Shown here: positions 58,503 through 64,000 of the stretch, piece by piece | How the letters are laid out: each line of letters begins with the position of its first letter | Numbering within the stretch: the stretch's first letter is position 1 | DNA from: a virus | Direction: 5' to 3' (one strand) | Virus record (IMG/VR): IMGVR_UViG_3300021962_000047 | Span: 1-64,000 of that record | Length of the DNA stretch: 64,000 nucleotides | The notes under the pieces: generated by a model | What the model was told of the DNA's origin: nothing | Database searches by the model: none | What the model saw: the letters and a program-made list of their open reading frames with translations, nothing else | Position numbers and translations under genes: made by a program

Positions 58503-61500
58503 TTATATACAATAGAACCATTTATTATTTAAGTAGTTGTGTGTTACAGATAATTCTGAAGGTGTCAATACTCTATTCCACAATAATACCTCATATATAA
58601 ATCCACCGTAGTAATATCTGAATGATGATGTCCCTGTTCTATCAACACCAATATATAGTGTATCTATGGATGCATTTGTTGATGTACCAACATTTGATAA
58701 GAATGTTAATGATTCCTGAACTCCGTCAATATAGAATTTAAGCTTGTCAGCATTTGTAGATTGTGTACCATCAAATACCATAGTCCACATATGTGGGTTT
58801 AAATCGGCGATTTGGGATGTCTGAGCTAAACCATTTGCAGCTCCTACAACAAATGTACCACCACTTAATCTTAAGTTAGAATTGTTAGTGGATACGTTAC
58901 CGATACCAGATGTGATAAATTGTTGTGTGGTACCAGTATTTACCAATTTACCTAAAACAATTGCAGTAAACCCTGTGATAGCCGCAATAGATGTTAATGG
59001 GTTAACACTCAAGCCATCAGATGTCCCATCAAATTTAACAGCACTTAATCCACACTGTACATTGGTCCACCACGCAGGTCTGGTTGTGGCACCTCCGATT
59101 GGGTTGGCATTATGTGCACTTGCAGATGAGTCATACCATTGAGTAAAGGTATCACCACTCACAGGTGTTGGGTTAAAGTTAGTATCTAAACTTGCGTCAT
59201 AATAAATTTGTAGAGTTGGGTCTGACGGTACAACCGCCTGTGTTGCGGTTAATGTTAAAGTTGGTGTTGGTGTAAGTGTTTGAGTAATAGTAACCGTTTG
59301 TGTTAAAGTAGGTGTTGGAGTTGGAGTTAATCCGCCAAGTGTTTGTGTTGGTGGCAATGGTGTAGAAGTTATATCATTAGTCGGAGCCGGCGTAAATGTT
59401 AATGTTTGAGTTGGTGTTAAAGTTGGAGTTGAAGTACTTGTTAATGTCGGAGAACTTGTTAAAGTTGGGGTTGAAGTACTTGTTAATGTCGGAGAACTTG
59501 TTAAAGTTGGGGTTGAAGTACTTGTTAATGTTGGTGTAGGTGTCGGTGTAGTCACAATAAATGGACTAAAATCTACAATAACCGGACACTCACATTCTGA
59601 GGTATCCACACTAATCACACCAAATGATTGAACACATTCACCAGGTTGTAATACACCACTTAAATTAAATGTATGTACGTGGTCATTAAATGACATAGTT
59701 TCTGAACCATAGAACACAGTTCCCATATCACCACGAGCAACACCTGAAATAACATAATCACATAGAGCATTGGCATTACTTGTAAATCCACTATCGTTAT
59801 ATAACTTTATTGAGAAGTTAGAACATCCTCCTAATTCAACCTGAAGATATTGTGTAGTTACCGGACAACTTGGAGTATTAGTTAACGTTGGTGTATTTGT
59901 TAAGGTTGGTGTACTGGTTGAAGTTAAAGTAGGTGTTGAAGTTAAAGTAGGTGTTGACGTACTAGTTAAAGTCGGAGTAGAAGTTAAAGTAGGTGTTGAT
60001 GTGCTCGTTAGTGTTGGTGTCTGAGTTAAAGTAGGTGTTGAAGTACTTGTTAATGTAGGAGTGTTAGTTAATGTAGGTGTATTGGTTGATGTTAAAGTAG
60101 GTGTTGACGTACTAGTTAAAGTAGGTGTAGACGTACTTGTTAGTGTCGGCGTTTGAGTTAATGTCGGAGTATTTGTAGGTGTTGGTGTAGGAGTTGGACA
60201 AATTTGGTCCACACCACAAACCGATTCACCATCAACATTATTAACTATATTAATTGTTGAACCACCAACCTTCTTAATGTAGAACGGAGTTCCACCAGCA
60301 ATACTCTCTAAATCAACATACGGATATGGTGTTAATAAACTATCTTGATATAATGTTTCACCCTCAATAACGGGATGGTCATTATCATAAATTAAAATAG
60401 TTGGATTTTCTCCATAACATAACGAATCTAAACTATCTGAAATATAATAGAAATCAGCATTTTGTACTTCAGTCGGTGTAGGTGTTGATGTTAATGTTGG
60501 CGTGTTCGTTGCAGTCAACGTCGGAGTTTGGGTCAACGTAGGAGTTGAAGTACTTGTTAAGGTTGGTGTACTTGTAAGTGTTGGAGTATTAGTTGACGTT
60601 AATGTCGGAGTTTGAGTCAACGTTGGTGTCGAAGTACTTGTTAATGTCGGAGTTTGAGTCAGAGTCGGAGTTGAAGTACTTGTTAAAGTTGGGGTACTTG
60701 TTAATGTCGGTGTATTAGTTGAAGTTAAAGTCGGAGTACTTGTCAACGTAGGAGTTGATGTACTTGTCAATGTTGGAGTTTGTGTTAAAGTAGGTGTAGA
60801 AGTACTTGTCAACGTAGGAGTACTTGTCAGTGTTGGTGTGTTAGTTGAAGTTAATGTAGGAGTACTGGTTAGGGTTGGGGTATTAGTTGCGGTTAAAGTA
60901 GGGCTACTTGTTAGGGTAGGCGTGGGTGTACTTGTTAAGGTAGGACTCGGTGTAGGTGTTTGAGTTGGTATATTAAAGATATACCTGAAAGTATAAACAT
61001 AATTGTAAATTGTACTACCTGAATTAACGATACTAACATTACTAATACCACTGGTGTAATTCAATAAAGAATAATTTGTGGTTGCACTTAATTGAGTCCC
61101 ACCTGATAATGAACCCGCACCGAGTTCGATTGTAGGTTCAAACACCAATGACGAACCATTTTGTAATCCAAGAGTATTGTTAAAATTAATAACAACTGTA
61201 TTATCTACAGTTCCATCCATGGTTGCCGAATATGATGCAAATACAGAACCCGCGGTGTATGTTCCAACAATATCAATAGTTCTAGTATTGATTAATGTTG
61301 GAGTTGGTGTTGGCGTTCTTCTTGGAGTTTCTGTTGGTCTAACAAAAGGAGTTACACCTTTATTTGGTCTACAACACGTATCACTATCTGCGAACGATTC
61401 AATTATATTAACATATAATACATTCCTAACAGGAACAATATATTCACCTCTTTCATTAACAATTTTAAATTCACCAATGTATCTACCAACTTTAGATGAT

Positions 61501-61733
61501 GTTTTTTTGTTGAATTGATAATAAACAGAATAACCTGAACCATCTTCATTGATAGTTACACCCGCAGGAACATTAGCTAATCTATAAATTCCTGTATCAA
61601 CATCTTTAAGTGAGAATGTAACTGTAGACGCTGACAAATATTGGTCGAGCTGATGATACCCATTTCTCGATTCATTTATTACCTCAACCATCAATTTAGG
61701 TAATGTACTATTCTGTCTTATAAAAAACTCCAT
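58503..61733 (-). CDS. Modular fibre: BppU-like N-terminus, Thr/Pro stalks, C-terminal LamG/ConA-like domain
   Basis: 1076 aa. C-terminus LQIYYDAS...WYDSS...VKFDG...FYIDG...IYEVLLWNRVLT...YLNNKW. Confidence 0.8.
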   Translation of the reverse strand: MEFFIRQNSTLPKLMVEVINESRNGYHQLDQYLSASTVTFSLKDVDTGIYRLANVPAGVTINEDGSGYSVYYQFNKKTSSKVGRYIGEFKIVNERGEYIVPVRNVLYVNIIESFADSDTCCRPNKGVTPFVRPTETPRRTPTPTPTLINTRTIDIVGTYTAGSVFASYSATMDGTVDNTVVINFNNTLGLQNGSSLVFEPTIELGAGSLSGGTQLSATTNYSLLNYTSGISNVSIVNSGSTIYNYVYTFRYIFNIPTQTPTPSPTLTSTPTPTLTSSPTLTATNTPTLTSTPTLTSTNTPTLTSTPTLTSTSTPTLTQTPTLTSTSTPTLTSTPTLTSTNTPTLTSTPTLTSTSTPTLTQTPTLTSTSTPTLTQTPTLTSTNTPTLTSTPTLTSTSTPTLTQTPTLTATNTPTLTSTPTPTEVQNADFYYISDSLDSLCYGENPTILIYDNDHPVIEGETLYQDSLLTPYPYVDLESIAGGTPFYIKKVGGSTINIVNNVDGESVCGVDQICPTPTPTPTNTPTLTQTPTLTSTSTPTLTSTSTPTLTSTNTPTLTNTPTLTSTSTPTLTQTPTLTSTSTPTLTSTPTLTSTSTPTLTSTPTLTSTSTPTLTNTPTLTNTPSCPVTTQYLQVELGGCSNFSIKLYNDSGFTSNANALCDYVISGVARGDMGTVFYGSETMSFNDHVHTFNLSGVLQPGECVQSFGVISVDTSECECPVIVDFSPFIVTTPTPTPTLTSTSTPTLTSSPTLTSTSTPTLTSSPTLTSTSTPTLTPTQTLTFTPAPTNDITSTPLPPTQTLGGLTPTPTPTLTQTVTITQTLTPTPTLTLTATQAVVPSDPTLQIYYDASLDTNFNPTPVSGDTFTQWYDSSASAHNANPIGGATTRPAWWTNVQCGLSAVKFDGTSDGLSVNPLTSIAAITGFTAIVLGKLVNTGTTQQFITSGIGNVSTNNSNLRLSGGTFVVGAANGLAQTSQIADLNPHMWTMVFDGTQSTNADKLKFYIDGVQESLTFLSNVGTSTNASIDTLYIGVDRTGTSSFRYYYGGFIYEVLLWNRVLTPSELSVTHNYLNNKWFYCI
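59245..60965 (-). repeat. Three degenerate Thr/Pro coding repeat tracts separated by globular domains
   Basis: [14 protein letters not shown] and TQTPTLTS units in the translation. Confidence 0.85.
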
Positions 61734-61746
61734 CTACTTACTATAA

Positions 61747-64000
61747 TTATAAACAAGGGTTATCATTTATACAATCAGCACAATCTGTATATACTGGTGA
61801 ATCAATATAAAGTACATTACTACCAGGTGATATAGGACCAATTGGTCCAAAAAGTACCGTTATATAATAACACTTACCTTCATATTGGATTATATCACCA
61901 ACATTCAATATTGACGTACTATTAATTGAATCTAGTAATGAGTCACCATCATCACAACAACTTAATGCCGTCATATCTCCATACCCATAAACACATTCAT
62001 TTTCCGATGTACATTCAACACACGTTTCATAAACGTTAATTACAGTTAAACCTAATGGAGGTCCAATTGCTGGTGTTGGAAGAGTAATAATCTCAAAACA
62101 TTGGACAAACCCATCATGTTCTATAGTAACAATATCACCAAGATTTAAAGTTGTAAGGGAACTAATAATCTCAATAGGTTCTTCCCATCCATCTATACAA
62201 CACGATTTTAATGTTCCAACCTCATAATTGTAATATACCGGTTGTGAAAGTGTTGGTGTAGGTACTGGTGGTGTATATGTTGGTGTTGGCACCGGAGGTG
62301 TCTGTGTCGGAACTAACGGTGTTGACGTAACATCATTTGTCGGTTGAGGTGTAAATGACAATGTAGGTGTCATCGTAGCCGTCAACGTAGGTGTCATTGT
62401 CAACGTCGGTGTTTGAGTTTGAGTTGGATATAAGATTACATTAACATCAACCTCACAATTTTCATCCGTTACATTAAAGTTGAAATCACAATTTGCATCA
62501 ATAATATTAAATCCAAAATCACATTCGATATCATTAATTGCATAATCAAATCTACAAGTGACTGTATCAACATTGAAGTCGAAATAACATTGTGACAATA
62601 TCTCCAAACAGTTTGGACACCAATAATCGAATAAATTAAATCGGTCCTTCAATACCCTGAAGTTGTGTTGGATTTGAGATGAATCCAATGGTTCAACATA
62701 CATTCTGAATTGAGATATACCCCCCATAAAGGTTCCACCAAAATTTTGTTCCATCAAAATATCGGTTGTCAATCCAGATAATGAGGTACCTGACAAAGTA
62801 TTGTTCGGCATCAATTCAGGGTCCTGAATATATGGACCATAACGGTCTTCACAATTTTGGAAGATTAAACTCTCACGAAGACCTTGAGTACCACCACCCC
62901 ATGAAATGTTAAACGGAACTCCGATTTGTTTTTCACGTTGGGTGTTTAACTCACGAGGAATAATTTCTTCAAAATCTTCGATAACCATAAACAGGTAACC
63001 GTTAACATATAAACGAAGAACACCTCTTCTATCTTCAACTTGTCTTAACCATTTTCTGTTAAGTTCAATAACTTCTTCAGGTAATTCTTTTTTACCACCC
63101 TCGTGTGTTTGAGGGGGTTGAATAAGGTTTACCGTGGCACCATAGGTTTCAGAAGAATATACGTATTCGCGTATGTCTCCCAATCCCCCTTTATTTAATA
63201 GGTCACATCCGTCGTACCACCTATATCGGTCAAAGACAGCTGTTAACATTACCCATCTTTCTTTTGTTCTTTCGGCTTCAGAAACAGGATAACCACAAAC
63301 ATCATAGATACCACGAGATGAACATATCTCATTAATTGTATATCCCGAACAATATGTCAACCCAGTTGTTTCACATGTTCCCGTTGTGACGCAATCACCC
63401 GTTAACTTAATGTATTTAACACATAATCGTGGGTTTTTAGGGTCACCACTCAAACGAATAGACATTGCATTTGAGAATACATCCATCGCTGGGTCAACAG
63501 GTGGTTCAGGAACCTCTGTATTGTATGAACAAAACGGACCAATATTGTGTTGAACAGTTGTTGCGGTTTGAGGGTAAACCAACAAACAATGAGATAATGT
63601 ATTTGCGGTGTCGGCACATCCGCATGTTTTAATACAATCAGTTAAACCTGATGTAACTCTTTGGTATTCCCATTGTGTTCCACCCGACGTATCAAAATCA
63701 AAATCACATTTGAAATTCTCAGGAGTTTGAGTTAAACCAGAGGCTGGATGATAAAATTTATTTTCAGCACGAGTACCAAAGAAAAAGAATGTTCCCGCAT
63801 TTTCAGGGTAAACTGTGTTTAGATATGTCTGGTGTTGTTCACGGATATGGTATTCATCTACCTGACGTGGTTTGATAACCGTCTCCATTGTCCACCCCTT
63901 ATTAACCCTTTCAGGGAAAACTTCATAATCGTAACCATGTAATTTGTAGAAACCCTGAAAAAATCCACCATATAATTCTTGGTAATAACCAACTTGGCTA
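61747..64000 (-). CDS. Modular virion protein (5' end beyond the window): LamG-like domain, 11-aa Cys repeats, Thr/Pro linker, two 6-Cys modules
   Basis: The frame stays open past 63888 to the window edge (SQVGYYQELYGGFFQGFY...GWTMETVIKP). LamG-like WVMLTAVF...LRLYVNG...FMGGISQFRMY. Confidence 0.8.
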   Translation of the reverse strand, partial: SQVGYYQELYGGFFQGFYKLHGYDYEVFPERVNKGWTMETVIKPRQVDEYHIREQHQTYLNTVYPENAGTFFFFGTRAENKFYHPASGLTQTPENFKCDFDFDTSGGTQWEYQRVTSGLTDCIKTCGCADTANTLSHCLLVYPQTATTVQHNIGPFCSYNTEVPEPPVDPAMDVFSNAMSIRLSGDPKNPRLCVKYIKLTGDCVTTGTCETTGLTYCSGYTINEICSSRGIYDVCGYPVSEAERTKERWVMLTAVFDRYRWYDGCDLLNKGGLGDIREYVYSSETYGATVNLIQPPQTHEGGKKELPEEVIELNRKWLRQVEDRRGVLRLYVNGYLFMVIEDFEEIIPRELNTQREKQIGVPFNISWGGGTQGLRESLIFQNCEDRYGPYIQDPELMPNNTLSGTSLSGLTTDILMEQNFGGTFMGGISQFRMYVEPLDSSQIQHNFRVLKDRFNLFDYWCPNCLEILSQCYFDFNVDTVTCRFDYAINDIECDFGFNIIDANCDFNFNVTDENCEVDVNVILYPTQTQTPTLTMTPTLTATMTPTLSFTPQPTNDVTSTPLVPTQTPPVPTPTYTPPVPTPTLSQPVYYNYEVGTLKSCCIDGWEEPIEIISSLTTLNLGDIVTIEHDGFVQCFEIITLPTPAIGPPLGLTVINVYETCVECTSENECVYGYGDMTALSCCDDGDSLLDSINSTSILNVGDIIQYEGKCYYITVLFGPIGPISPGSNVLYIDSPVYTDCADCINDNPCL

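Noticed and set aside
55770-60965. Possible CRISPR array or DGR template/variable repeat pair
   Set aside because: The repeats are in-frame degenerate coding units with no spacers. Differences are not adenine-specific, and no cas or reverse transcriptase gene is present.
809-61518. Many short opposite-strand or off-frame ORFs in the track (e.g. 809..1006, 22119..22532, 32946..33461, 38915..39163)
   Set aside because: They lie inside longer genes with recognisable motifs and are shadow frames.
1-64000. Stop-codon reassignment (none of the called genes ends in TAG)
   Set aside because: Genes tile densely and intact in the standard code with no TAG-interrupted frames, and low TAG use is expected at this AT content. 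The rest of the genome could still be checked.

Overview
This 64 kb window is part of an AT-rich, gene-dense large tailed phage (T4-related or jumbo myovirus), read in the standard genetic code. There are about 41 genes, all but five on the minus strand. The virion module covers baseplate wedge (gp6, gp7, gp25, gp53-like), hub, tube initiator, tape measure, gp26/gp51-like chaperones, tail tube, tail sheath, tail terminator and two neck proteins. It also includes several Thr/Pro-rich, Cys-rich modular fibre-like proteins. Interleaved replication genes encode class I RNR alpha, ATP-cone-fused class Id-type RNR beta, DnaB-like helicase, 5'-3' exonuclease, RecA/UvsX, gp32-like SSB, SNF2 helicase and family B polymerase. 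An Mn-type SOD fusion and a HAD phosphatase are also present. A-rich, SD-less gene starts and the class Id RNR suggest a Bacteroidota host (inference). The strongest leads are: (1) a [S/T]-[G/A]-x-T motif concentrated in predicted outward-facing virion proteins and nearly absent from enzymes, which with mucin-like stalks suggests a virion surface-modification (glycosylation) system; (2) a mix-and-match fibre toolkit with an unrecognised 6-Cys module; (3) a candidate +1/-2 frameshift at UUU_UUU_CGU_C joining the gp26- and gp51-like frames; (4) an OmpA-like domain inserted into a tube-initiator fold; (5) a SOD-nuclease-like fusion; and (6) a TATTTAT late-promoter candidate. All calls and counts were made by eye from motifs; no searches were run.
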